From positions 1,679 to 65,678 of the forward strand of contig CAZFGK010000005.1 in assembly GCA_964518635.1 (NCBI GenBank): 64,000 nt of DNA, in the 5' to 3' direction. Under the pieces are notes generated by a model that saw only the letters and a program-made list of their open reading frames with translations, was not told the origin of the DNA and made no database searches. This stretch comes from an uncultured Ignavibacteriales bacterium (GTDB taxonomy: Bacteria > Zixibacteria > MSB-5A5 > GN15 > FEB-12). This document shows positions 9,503-18,366 of the stretch, one piece after another (the first letter of the stretch is position 1; every line of letters starts with the position of its first letter). The translations under genes and the position numbers were made by a program.

Positions 9503-9981
9503 TTGACAATGACTATGTCACGCTCTTCTCACGACTGCTCATTGGCGGGCTGTATATTTACGCCGCGTGGTACAAGATCGTCGTTCCGGCTGAGTTTGCC
9601 AAAGCAATCTGGTTCTATCATTTGGTACCGGGGAATCTGATTAATCTGATGGCTCTGATTCTCCCCTGGCTGGAGATGCTGCTAGGCGTCGGACTGATTC
9701 TCGGGATCTGGTTTCGCGGGTCGGCATTCTGGGCGACAGCTTTGATGCTGGTTTTTATCGTCGCTCTCACCAGTGCAGTCATGCGCAACCTGAGTATCGA
9801 TTGTGGCTGCTTCAAGAATACCGCCGCAGGGGCCAATTCAGCGAAGGAGACTCTTTATCGAGACCTCGCGTTCCTGATTCCGTGTCTGCAGCTTCTTTTC
9901 ACGAAATCCAGACGCTGGATGCTCTGCCCTGGAAGCGAAAAGAAAACTCCCGCAGCTACTGCTTCACCAACGTCGGCGTAA
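9490..9981 (+). CDS. MauE/DoxX family membrane protein
   Basis: Four hydrophobic helices and a SIDCGCF motif typical of MauE-type proteins. GTG start overlaps the rhodanese stop. Confidence 0.7.
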   Translation: MRSVIDNDYVTLFSRLLIGGLYIYAAWYKIVVPAEFAKAIWFYHLVPGNLINLMALILPWLEMLLGVGLILGIWFRGSAFWATALMLVFIVALTSAVMRNLSIDCGCFKNTAAGANSAKETLYRDLAFLIPCLQLLFTKSRRWMLCPGSEKKTPAATASPTSA

Positions 9982-11224
9982 TCAGGATCAGCAGGTCGGT
10001 TGTCGATTTTTCTTTCGACCGATTGGTAAAGAGAAGTTTCCCTAAGAGCGGAATATGTCCGAGCAGCGGGACTCGCTGCTCGCGGAGGATATCACTCTCC
10101 TTGATCAAGCCGCCGATAATAACCGATTCACCACTCTTGACACTAATCCGTGTTCGTACCGATCGGCTGGTGGTGATAGGCTTCTGATTATTTGTCGGGC
10201 CGGTAAAGCCAACGATGTCTTCAACCTTCGGGTGGACATCAAGGGTGATGGTCCCGTCCTCAGAAATTCTCGGCGTCACTCTCAATGAAATTCCGACTTC
10301 TTTATCTTCAAACGATACAATATCCGAAGTTGATGCCCCTTCGGTGAAGCGATTGATCGTCTGAATCGGAATCACTGTCGCCGATTGAATTTCTGACTCA
10401 TGATTCTCGGTCGCGGTGAGTTTCGGGTTTGAAAGCAGACGACTGTTGCCGTCTTGCTCGAGGAGATCGAGTACCATCTGCACCTGCGCGACACTCAGTT
10501 TCCCCCAGTTCCAGTCACCGGTATTGAAATCGTAGCTGGCGGCATTTTGTGCCGCCGAGGTGGTAGTAGAAGACTGCGAGCTTGATCCTGCGGCACCGTT
10601 GATACTCATGGAATAGGAAGAGGGCCAGAGAAAGCCGAGTTTCGATTTAGTATCAAGAGTTGTCTCGATAATTTTGCATTCGATCATGACGGAGCGTTCG
10701 GGTTGATCGATATCGGCAACGACCGCTGCGATGTCGTTCAGTACCGGTGACAGATCGGTGACCACCATCCGATTCGCCTGATAATTGGATTCGCTCGATC
10801 CTTCCGCAGCAGGAGTGAGCACGACTACTTTCCCTTTGGGCGAAAGTCGTGGTTCGACCGCGAGCTTGGCAGATGCCGCATCGATGTACTTCAGGCGAAA
10901 GACTTTCGATTCCAGAGCTCCGAACTGGTCGGCACCAGTCGCACCGACGATGACGACATTGTCACTCATGTGATAACTGTAGCCGGATGCAGTCAGGACC
11001 GCGTCAAGAGCCGTCCAGAGATCGACCTTATCAAGTTTTACTGATACGTTCCCATCAATCTCACCAGCGAGAACCAGATTGAGACCGTTCTGATCGGCGA
11101 TCATCTGAAGAACTTTTCGAAGCGGGACATTATCAAGAGTCAGCGACATCGTCGCAGCTCCGAGCAGAGTCGGCGAGATTATCACCGCGCAGAGAATCAG
11201 AATGGAAGCAAGACGCTTCAACAT
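9956..11224 (-). CDS. Secretin (PilQ/GspD family), short form
   Basis: 422 aa with a signal peptide. C-terminal secretin motifs VSVKSGESVIIGGLI...RVPLLGHIPLLGKLF. Confidence 0.85.
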   Translation of the reverse strand: MLKRLASILILCAVIISPTLLGAATMSLTLDNVPLRKVLQMIADQNGLNLVLAGEIDGNVSVKLDKVDLWTALDAVLTASGYSYHMSDNVVIVGATGADQFGALESKVFRLKYIDAASAKLAVEPRLSPKGKVVVLTPAAEGSSESNYQANRMVVTDLSPVLNDIAAVVADIDQPERSVMIECKIIETTLDTKSKLGFLWPSSYSMSINGAAGSSSQSSTTTSAAQNAASYDFNTGDWNWGKLSVAQVQMVLDLLEQDGNSRLLSNPKLTATENHESEIQSATVIPIQTINRFTEGASTSDIVSFEDKEVGISLRVTPRISEDGTITLDVHPKVEDIVGFTGPTNNQKPITTSRSVRTRISVKSGESVIIGGLIKESDILREQRVPLLGHIPLLGKLLFTNRSKEKSTTDLLILITPTLVKQ

Positions 11225-11227
11225 GGA

Positions 11228-11737
11228 TTATCCTTTCCCCAGGGTCAGCGTCTTTCGCTCACCACGAACATTCAGAATCACAGAGCTTTTGGTAATTTCA
11301 GCCACGATTGCGCCGTCGATTATCTGACCCACGTGCACCGGCTGATCGTTGACATAGGCGACCGGCTTTGAAGGAAGATAGATGATCCCCCCCAGTCGCC
11401 AGTTATTGATCACTTGCGGTGCACTACTCGACTGGGCACCCTCTCGCTCCCGTACGACTCGTCGGTTTGACCGAGGCGCAAACGGGTCGTTCCCCCATGT
11501 GTCTTTGAGGGTGAATGAATTCTTGCCAGACAGAGGAATGACGGTCGTCGAAGAAGATGCAGTAGTAGCAACAACCGGTTGAATACCACTGACTGGATCG
11601 ATAGTGACTGCAGCAACGGCCGGGACCGGTTCCGGTAGAACTGGTTTAACCTTTATGCCAAACTGCACATAGAGAGTAACGGCAACAATCACTCCCGCAA
11701 AGATGTAGACGACGTTCTGGCGGACGTTTGGTTTCAT
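11228..11737 (-). CDS. PilP/GspC-like pilus assembly protein (hypothetical)
   Basis: 169 aa. N-terminal TM segment, a T/S/V-rich linker, and a small C-terminal beta domain (WRLGGIIY...AYVNDQPVHVGQIIDG). The call rests mainly on position between the PilO-like gene and the secretin. Confidence 0.45.
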   Translation of the reverse strand: MKPNVRQNVVYIFAGVIVAVTLYVQFGIKVKPVLPEPVPAVAAVTIDPVSGIQPVVATTASSSTTVIPLSGKNSFTLKDTWGNDPFAPRSNRRVVREREGAQSSSAPQVINNWRLGGIIYLPSKPVAYVNDQPVHVGQIIDGAIVAEITKSSVILNVRGERKTLTLGKG

Positions 11738-12333
11738 GATTCAACTCCAGAAGAAGTTGAATCCGGTTTGGACATCAGCACACGGCACATCATGTCTATT
11801 CGGAGCTGATCGGGGGATTTTTCAACGTCTGCTGCAAGTGTTTGGCTCAGCAGTGCACGGAAATAGGCGCGCTCTTCGAGTTTTTTCAGAAAGCGACCGT
11901 ACTGTTGATATCGCCCTTCAGACACGATGCGAATTGAGAGATTGCTCGAATCAGGATCGGTTGAAAGGCGAGTCGAGAATTGTAGATATTCATCTAGAGG
12001 AGGATGTAACTCCAGGACCTTGAGTCCTTCGCCTGAGGCGATCTCGTGGATGTCTTCCAGCATTGCTGCGATTTCGGACGGAGAGTAGAGCTTCTGGGCG
12101 AGTACCACTCGCTCTTTCGTCGTGCTGTCCAGGGCAGCCATGTACGTTGGAATTGCCTGAAGGGTCTGTTGTAGCTGGTTCAGTTCGCCGCTGGTGTTCT
12201 GCACTTGTTGTAGAAGCTGAGCTTGCTCAGCTCTTCTTGGGAGATACAAGACAAGTAGCCAGGCAAGGATGAGGACACCGATCGCACCTGCATACAGCAT
12301 GACTCGCATTTTCGGAGCGTGGAAGGAGTTCAT
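11734..12333 (-). CDS. PilO-like pilus assembly protein
   Basis: 199 aa. N-terminal TM segment followed by a coiled coil (EQAQLLQQVQNTSGELNQLQQTLQ). Overlapping start and stop codons with both neighbours. Confidence 0.55.
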   Translation of the reverse strand: MNSFHAPKMRVMLYAGAIGVLILAWLLVLYLPRRAEQAQLLQQVQNTSGELNQLQQTLQAIPTYMAALDSTTKERVVLAQKLYSPSEIAAMLEDIHEIASGEGLKVLELHPPLDEYLQFSTRLSTDPDSSNLSIRIVSEGRYQQYGRFLKKLEERAYFRALLSQTLAADVEKSPDQLRIDMMCRVLMSKPDSTSSGVES

Positions 12334-13964
12334 CTCGTTCCTCGCACCTGAATCTGAAAATCGATCTCGCTCACGCCGTTCAGATTTCGTCGCTTCTGAT
12401 AGCGGGTGACGGTCGCGGCAGTGAGTCCAGGCAGATGCCCCAACTGCATTATGAAATCATGAATGACCAATTCGGGAGTAACATTGAGTTCAGTTGCAAT
12501 GGCACTGATATAGGTCTCAAACTGTCCGTTCATGCTCTGATCAGTCTGCAGGTTTTCCTGAAGGAGATAGAATCGAATAGCAGGGGGAGTGATCTGACTC
12601 AGCGCACGAAGAAAATCAGTCGACCCTGCCTGTTTCTGTCCAAAGCGGTCGATCCAGACTTTTTCCGTTTGAATTGAACGCTGGACCACGTCAAAGGTCT
12701 CGAATAAGGGAGAGGCCTTCAGAGATTCCGCCTGAGACTGCATGGAGACAAGGTTTTCCTGAGCTCTACCGATTCCGGCGATCTGACTGACCGTCATAAA
12801 GGCACACGCTAGTGCAATGCCAATCAGTGTCGCGATCCCTCGTTGATCGATGCTGCGTCGCTGGAATCGAACCAATCGATCAGTCGGAAGGAGATTTGCC
12901 GGATGCGCAGAAGTAACTGCGCCAGCCGCGACCGGCAAACTGATAGTAAGGGAAGTTTTTTGCTCGGTGTTAAGGCTACTGGAGATGGAAACACTCTCGA
13001 TAGGAAATCGTCGGAAAGTGAAACCAAGTCGTTCCCCCATTAGATCTATGATCTCTTCACTGAAGGCAAGATTTCCATAGACATAAATTTCGCTGGCGTT
13101 CGAGAATGTGTGACTGCCAGTATAATAGTCGATGCTATTCTGAATTTCGCCGGCGAGTGCCTCGGCGAAGTACTCATACATGGTCAGATCAGCGCGATTC
13201 GACAAAAACGCTGAACCGAGAGTAATGTGGTGGCTAAACTGAAGTTCACCGCCAATGTAGAATGAAATTTCTGATCGCTGACGTTCTACATTCAACAGCG
13301 CATATGTATCGGATGATTTGAAATGAGACATGCTCGGCAGGATCGAGGTCAGGGTATCCTGCGTCGACCAGATCGCAGCGGGGTTCAATTTCAGTCGGTC
13401 AAATGGTTCGAGTACAGTTTCGATTGACCGTTTGAGGCAACCGGTGATTCCGATTCTGTATCGTGGACGACCATCACGAGTAGTTCTGCCAAGAATACGA
13501 TACCCAAAGTGAACATCACTATCGGGGAAAGGGAGAGCTTTCAGTGCTTCAAATCGTATCGCTTCCTGTAAATCTGAGCCGGAGAGCGCAGGAAGGTTGA
13601 TTTCGCGATAGGCAGTTTCGAGTCCGGGCATGATCAACACCAGACGATAGAGCCCACGACCTTCTGCCTGCACGAAACGATCGATACTCTCACAGAGAAA
13701 ATTGATTCTGTTCGGTCCCTGTGAAGCGGATGACGGGATGTACGACTTATCAGAGCTGATGAGCCGATGTTTCTGCCCGGTATGAAGCGCAACGGCAGTC
13801 TGGATCGAATCCTCTTCCAGGCAGATTGCAAGGGTACGACCGAAAAGCCAATTCTTCCTAAACCACGGTGTGAGATTGTCTGTAGTCCGCCGAAATGAGG
13901 GTCCGCTCTTGATCTGGACTTCTCTTACTTGCGGAGTTGAAGGGGGAGGGGTGGCGATGGCCAT
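12330..13964 (-). CDS. PilM-PilN fusion-like pilus assembly protein
   Basis: 544 aa. An N-terminal cytoplasmic region of about 350 aa of PilM size, one internal TM segment (IATLIGIALACAFMTVSQIAGI), then a periplasmic domain of about 150 aa. Position is consistent with pilM and pilN. Confidence 0.6.
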   Translation of the reverse strand: MAIATPPPSTPQVREVQIKSGPSFRRTTDNLTPWFRKNWLFGRTLAICLEEDSIQTAVALHTGQKHRLISSDKSYIPSSASQGPNRINFLCESIDRFVQAEGRGLYRLVLIMPGLETAYREINLPALSGSDLQEAIRFEALKALPFPDSDVHFGYRILGRTTRDGRPRYRIGITGCLKRSIETVLEPFDRLKLNPAAIWSTQDTLTSILPSMSHFKSSDTYALLNVERQRSEISFYIGGELQFSHHITLGSAFLSNRADLTMYEYFAEALAGEIQNSIDYYTGSHTFSNASEIYVYGNLAFSEEIIDLMGERLGFTFRRFPIESVSISSSLNTEQKTSLTISLPVAAGAVTSAHPANLLPTDRLVRFQRRSIDQRGIATLIGIALACAFMTVSQIAGIGRAQENLVSMQSQAESLKASPLFETFDVVQRSIQTEKVWIDRFGQKQAGSTDFLRALSQITPPAIRFYLLQENLQTDQSMNGQFETYISAIATELNVTPELVIHDFIMQLGHLPGLTAATVTRYQKRRNLNGVSEIDFQIQVRGTR

Positions 13965-13972
13965 GGTGTCCC

Positions 13973-14413
13973 CTAAAACGTCACAATGATACTGTCGCCA
14001 CCACCGGTCGAGATGATACGGCGATTCGGGCGTTGATAGACATAGCTCGATCCCCAGGCATCCGTGAGGTATTCCCCGCCGCTGGAGTCGATGTACGGGC
14101 CGTTCCAGCCGAGACGGCTGAGCTTGTTATAAGTGCTCAGGGAGTCGGGCTTCTTTGCCAGATCAAGCAGTTGATTCGGGATCAAGCCGACATCTCCTTC
14201 AAAGCCCCGTTCAATAAGTTGACCGCCGGCAACCACGTTTGGGTTGCCGACGATCGCACGTTTCAGAACATTCAACTCTTCTTTCGTCGCCGTCTCTTTG
14301 GATGCATCGGTCAGATCGGCGAATCGAGGAATCACCGCGACCGCTAGTATCCCAAGGACAACAATCACAATGACGAGTTCCGTGAGCGTAAAGCCGGAGG
14401 CGTTCAGGCGCAT
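13973..14413 (-). CDS. Prepilin-type N-terminal cleavage/methylation domain protein (pilin/pseudopilin 2)
   Basis: The MRLNASGFTLTELVIVIVVLGILAVAVIPRF N-terminus is a class III signal peptide (G/FTL.E). I chose ATG 14413 rather than the track start at 14518. Confidence 0.8.
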   Translation of the reverse strand: MRLNASGFTLTELVIVIVVLGILAVAVIPRFADLTDASKETATKEELNVLKRAIVGNPNVVAGGQLIERGFEGDVGLIPNQLLDLAKKPDSLSTYNKLSRLGWNGPYIDSSGGEYLTDAWGSSYVYQRPNRRIISTGGGDSIIVTF

Positions 14414-14442
14414 GGTAATCTCGTCCGATCTCTGCGCCCGGT

Positions 14443-14886
14443 TTACCAGGTGTTCTCTGAGACGCCGCCGGTGTTGGTATTGAGCCAGAGCTCTCCGGTC
14501 GTTGGCTTGTATGCCCATCCGCCACGAGTTCCTACGATGGTACCGCGAGTCACACCAGTGACCACAGAGTCGCCTGCGTTGGTCTGGTACGGATTTTTCG
14601 GGATAGCCGTCGAGAGAACGGTACCGAACGTTTCAAGCTGGCTGACTGTCGGCCAAGTGGCAGTTCCAGTGGTGACGGCAGTATTCGCGTAGTAGATCGC
14701 GACACCGGAACGGATGGCACCGAGTGAGGCGCGAGCAGCCGATTCTTTCGCCTGTCCACTCAGATCCTGATACTTCGGAATTGCAACTGCGGCAAGAATA
14801 CCAAGCACTACGATGATGATCACAAGCTCAATCAGGGTGAAACCACCCGACCGGCTCAAACGGGATGAACTGGTCAATGCACTCAT
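14443..14886 (-). CDS. Prepilin-type pilin/pseudopilin 1 (probable major subunit)
   Basis: SRSGGFTLIELVIIIVVLGILAAVAIPKYQDL class III signal. 147 aa. Confidence 0.85.
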   Translation of the reverse strand: MSALTSSSRLSRSGGFTLIELVIIIVVLGILAAVAIPKYQDLSGQAKESAARASLGAIRSGVAIYYANTAVTTGTATWPTVSQLETFGTVLSTAIPKNPYQTNAGDSVVTGVTRGTIVGTRGGWAYKPTTGELWLNTNTGGVSENTW

Positions 14887-14959
14887 CTGAAACCTCCGAA
14901 ATGTTTATTAGTCACGGTTTTGTTCACTTTCATTATCGACAAGAAGCTGACTTCATTTA

Positions 14960-16174
14960 CTATTTCCCGACGACCTTAATCAGATTCCACATCGGCATGA
15001 AGATCGCCAATGCCAGAGTCAGGACCATGACGCCGATGACGACGGTCAAAATTGGCTCAATCACGGCGGTCAGCTGGCGTGACCGATAGCGAACTTCTGT
15101 GGTGTAATATCTTCCGACTTCTTCTACTGTTGAGTCCAGATTTCCGGACTCCAGCCCGATAGCCATCATGTGGAGTGCCTGACGAGGGAAGTAGGCGAAT
15201 GGCTCGGTGGTCAAATCTCCTTCACGACCCCGTCTGACAAGCTCTTCGATCTGACGAATCTCATCGGATAGGACTTTGTTGGTAATTGTTCCTGCCAATT
15301 TGTTCAGACACTGGACCATCGGAAGTCCGGCGCGAAAGAGGATGCGAAAAAGAAGCATGAAACGGGCGACATTCGCCTTTACGACCAGTTCTCCGACGAC
15401 GGGCAGTTTAAGAATGAGCGCATCGAACTGGCGACGCCCTCTCTCGGTTCGGTGATAGGCACGTAATCCGAAGAAAGCTGCAATCGCACCGGCAATCATG
15501 TAGTACCAGTAGTTTGCAACCGCCTGCCCTGTCCACATCAGAATCTTGGTTGGGAGAGGCAGATCCGCCTCAAAAGCTGAAAAGAAAGTCACAAATCGTG
15601 GTACCACGAATCCAAGCAGGACTGCTCCGGCGAGTGATATTGCGATCATGACCATCATCGGATAACGAAGGGCACCCTTGACCTGACGATTCAGTTCCAT
15701 TTCCTCTTCGACCATCACGGCAAGTTCGTCGAGAGAAGCATCCAGCTTACCGGTCTCTTCACCAGCTGCAACGGTTGAAACGTAAACCGGGTCGAAAATT
15801 TCGGGATGATCGGCCATTGTATCGGAGAGTGATTTTCCACTCTGGAGTCCGACTCGCATGTCATCAATGGCCAGATTGAACGGTCCGTCGGGCTTTCCCA
15901 CCCGAATGATCAGAAGCCCGCGAAGGAGTGGAACGCCCGACCGATACATCGTCGCAAGAGAGCGAGTGAAGAGAATGGTCTGCTCAAGTGGTATCTTGGC
16001 GCCGAAAGAGAGAATCGATTTCGTGCCGGTCTTTGCCGATTCCTCAAGCCGAATCGGCTGAAGTTGTTGATCCTGAAGTTGTGAGCGTGCCTGATCAAGA
16101 GTATGAGCAACGATGATCCCCTCGCTGACATTTCCTCGCTGATCAAAGGCCCGGTAGTTGAACTTGCTTGACAT
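14960..16174 (-). CDS. Type II secretion system F family platform protein (PilC/GspF)
   Basis: 404 aa. Two T2SSF repeats and three TM regions. Typical FTRSLATMYRSGVPL and FRAGLPMVQCL motifs. Confidence 0.9.
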   Translation of the reverse strand: MSSKFNYRAFDQRGNVSEGIIVAHTLDQARSQLQDQQLQPIRLEESAKTGTKSILSFGAKIPLEQTILFTRSLATMYRSGVPLLRGLLIIRVGKPDGPFNLAIDDMRVGLQSGKSLSDTMADHPEIFDPVYVSTVAAGEETGKLDASLDELAVMVEEEMELNRQVKGALRYPMMVMIAISLAGAVLLGFVVPRFVTFFSAFEADLPLPTKILMWTGQAVANYWYYMIAGAIAAFFGLRAYHRTERGRRQFDALILKLPVVGELVVKANVARFMLLFRILFRAGLPMVQCLNKLAGTITNKVLSDEIRQIEELVRRGREGDLTTEPFAYFPRQALHMMAIGLESGNLDSTVEEVGRYYTTEVRYRSRQLTAVIEPILTVVIGVMVLTLALAIFMPMWNLIKVVGK

Positions 16175-16183
16175 AACGAGACG

Positions 16184-17911
16184 CTACTGACTCAGCGAAC
16201 TGCTGAGTTCCGGCTGAAGATAGTCCTCAGCATTTGATGTCTCTTTCAGGAGTTCTTCGAGGCAGAGGATACCGGATGTGAGTTTTTCAAGCCCCGACTC
16301 GAACAATGTCAGGAAACCGTTCTTTCTGGCAAGCTCACGCAGACGATTGGCAGAAGCTCCAGAGAGAATCGCTTCGCTGATAGGAGCTGTGATCTCAAGA
16401 TACTCATAGATGCCGGTCATTCCGGAGAATCCGCTCCCTTTACACTTGCGACATCCCGCCCCCCGTTTGAATTCGATTACATCACTGAGTTCAGTTATTC
16501 CAGCCCGCTGAAGAAGTGCAGCGGGTGGTTGATACGCTGCGGAACACTCAGAGCAATTCGTTCGAACAAGACGTTGAGCGAGGATCCCTTTCAATGCCGA
16601 AGCGAGGAGGTACGGCTCAATACCCATGTCCAGAAGACGTGCGACCGTCGACGGCGCGTCATTGGTGTGAATGGTCGAAAAGACCAGATGTCCGGTGAGG
16701 GAAGAGCGGACAGCGATCTTTGCAGTCTCGGTGTCGCGAACTTCACCGATCATGACGATATCCGGATTCTGTCGCAGCATCGATCTCAATGCCGCGGGAA
16801 AACTTAGTCCGGCTTTTTCATTGATCTGAACCTGATTGATCAGCGGCAAGGAATATTCAACCGGGTCTTCCACCGTGATGATATTTTTCTCAATCGAATT
16901 GATTTCCTGCAGCGTGGTGTAGAGTGTAGTCGTCTTGCCGCTGGAGGTCGGTCCGGTGATCAGGATCAGCCCTTCGGGCTGTTTCACGACATGCAGCCAC
17001 TCGGCGAGCATCTTTGGCCGAAAACCGAGCTGCTGAAAAGTCAGGTGGAGGTTGCGCCGATCCAGAATTCGAATAACAATCTTCTCTCCGTGAATTGTCG
17101 GCAGCGTCGAGATTCGAAGATCAATGGAGTGACCATCCACTGATACTGCCATTCGTCCATCCTGCGGAATTCTTTTTTCGGAGAGATCAAGATTTGCCGA
17201 GACCTTGATTCGTGAAAGTATTTCACTTTGCATGGACTTGGGCGGAGAGGCCTCTTCCCGCATTCCGCCATGAATACGATAGCGAACTCGAAGAGTGTCC
17301 TCATCCGGTTCGATATGAATATCGCTTGCTTTGTCCTTGACCGCCTTGGAGATAATCAAATTCACCAGCCGAACAATGGGGGCTTCCGATTCATTGCTCT
17401 CGGTGCTGACCACCTGGAGCGGGGCGATCTTGGTGGGACGAGCGGTTTCGCGGTTATTGGCAATAATTTCATTTAGAGAATCTGCAACGGAGTAATAACG
17501 ATCAATGGCTTCTCGAATTTCATCCGCACGTGCGATGGTTCGTTTAATGTCGGCATTGGTCTGATAGCGGATTTCGTCAATGGCGATAATATTCAGCGGG
17601 TCGGCCATCGCGAGAGTGATGGTGTTTCCGATTGCGAAAATCGGAATGATCGTATACCGGCGAGCAATCTCAACCGGAACGCGTTGGACTACATGCGGGT
17701 CAATGACCAATTGACCAATGGAGAGTTTGGGGATGCCTAGACGTTCGGAGACTGCTTCGAGTAGCTGATCTTCGTTGATGATCCCCTTTGCAACCAGAAT
17801 ATTGCCAAGCCGCTCTCCGGTCTTCTCCTGAATAGCAAGGGAATCGGTCAATTGCTGCTGAGTGATGACCCCTCTTTCGACGAGTAAATCACCGAGGCGC
17901 TTCCGAGTCAT
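16184..17911 (-). CDS. GspE/PilB family secretion ATPase
   Basis: N-terminal MshEN/GSPII_E-like domain. Walker A GPTSSGKTTTLY, Asp box, Walker B DIVMIGEVRD, and a tetracysteine motif (CSEC...CRKC). I prefer ATG 17911, which has an AGGAG 11 nt upstream, over GTG 17950. Confidence 0.92.
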   Translation of the reverse strand: MTRKRLGDLLVERGVITQQQLTDSLAIQEKTGERLGNILVAKGIINEDQLLEAVSERLGIPKLSIGQLVIDPHVVQRVPVEIARRYTIIPIFAIGNTITLAMADPLNIIAIDEIRYQTNADIKRTIARADEIREAIDRYYSVADSLNEIIANNRETARPTKIAPLQVVSTESNESEAPIVRLVNLIISKAVKDKASDIHIEPDEDTLRVRYRIHGGMREEASPPKSMQSEILSRIKVSANLDLSEKRIPQDGRMAVSVDGHSIDLRISTLPTIHGEKIVIRILDRRNLHLTFQQLGFRPKMLAEWLHVVKQPEGLILITGPTSSGKTTTLYTTLQEINSIEKNIITVEDPVEYSLPLINQVQINEKAGLSFPAALRSMLRQNPDIVMIGEVRDTETAKIAVRSSLTGHLVFSTIHTNDAPSTVARLLDMGIEPYLLASALKGILAQRLVRTNCSECSAAYQPPAALLQRAGITELSDVIEFKRGAGCRKCKGSGFSGMTGIYEYLEITAPISEAILSGASANRLRELARKNGFLTLFESGLEKLTSGILCLEELLKETSNAEDYLQPELSSSLSQ

Positions 17912-18366
17912 GGGCGAATGATCTCCTGTTGAAAAGGTCGTTATAAGCACCTCAGCGAGCTATGGTCGAGTCGGCGACAGGATTCGATCTCTCTCGATGC
18001 CAAGGGTGCTGTTCTCGTTATCGGCTCTGGTGTCTTTGGCTCAAGAGGCAGAAGCCGACTTCGGGAAGGGAAGTGACGCAATTGCCGGTTTTATGCCGAA
18101 CCTGCGCAGATTCTGCACAAGTGAGATCGAAAAAATGTGCCACCTGTCCCTCCCGGGATGACGATAGTAGTAGAGTTTTAGGTCTCATTCGGTACAAGTC
18201 CTTGGAAATTGATGCCATTTCCGCTATATTGATTCCGCTGCCGAGAAGTACTCATCGGTCGTCTCATAAGTCCTCAAAGAAGTTTTGGGACGGTCAATTC
18301 AGTCCTGCAAAAGGAGATGTGCACTACGTGAAGAATGTCCACGCCTGCAATCTGAGTTCTCGCGCA

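Noticed and set aside
17962-18366. 135-codon N-terminal extension of the protease ORF (track start at 17962)
   Set aside because: The translation is Cys/Arg/Ser-rich with no domain character. A proper signal peptide with an SD-supported start occurs at 18328/18367, so the extension is an open frame by chance.
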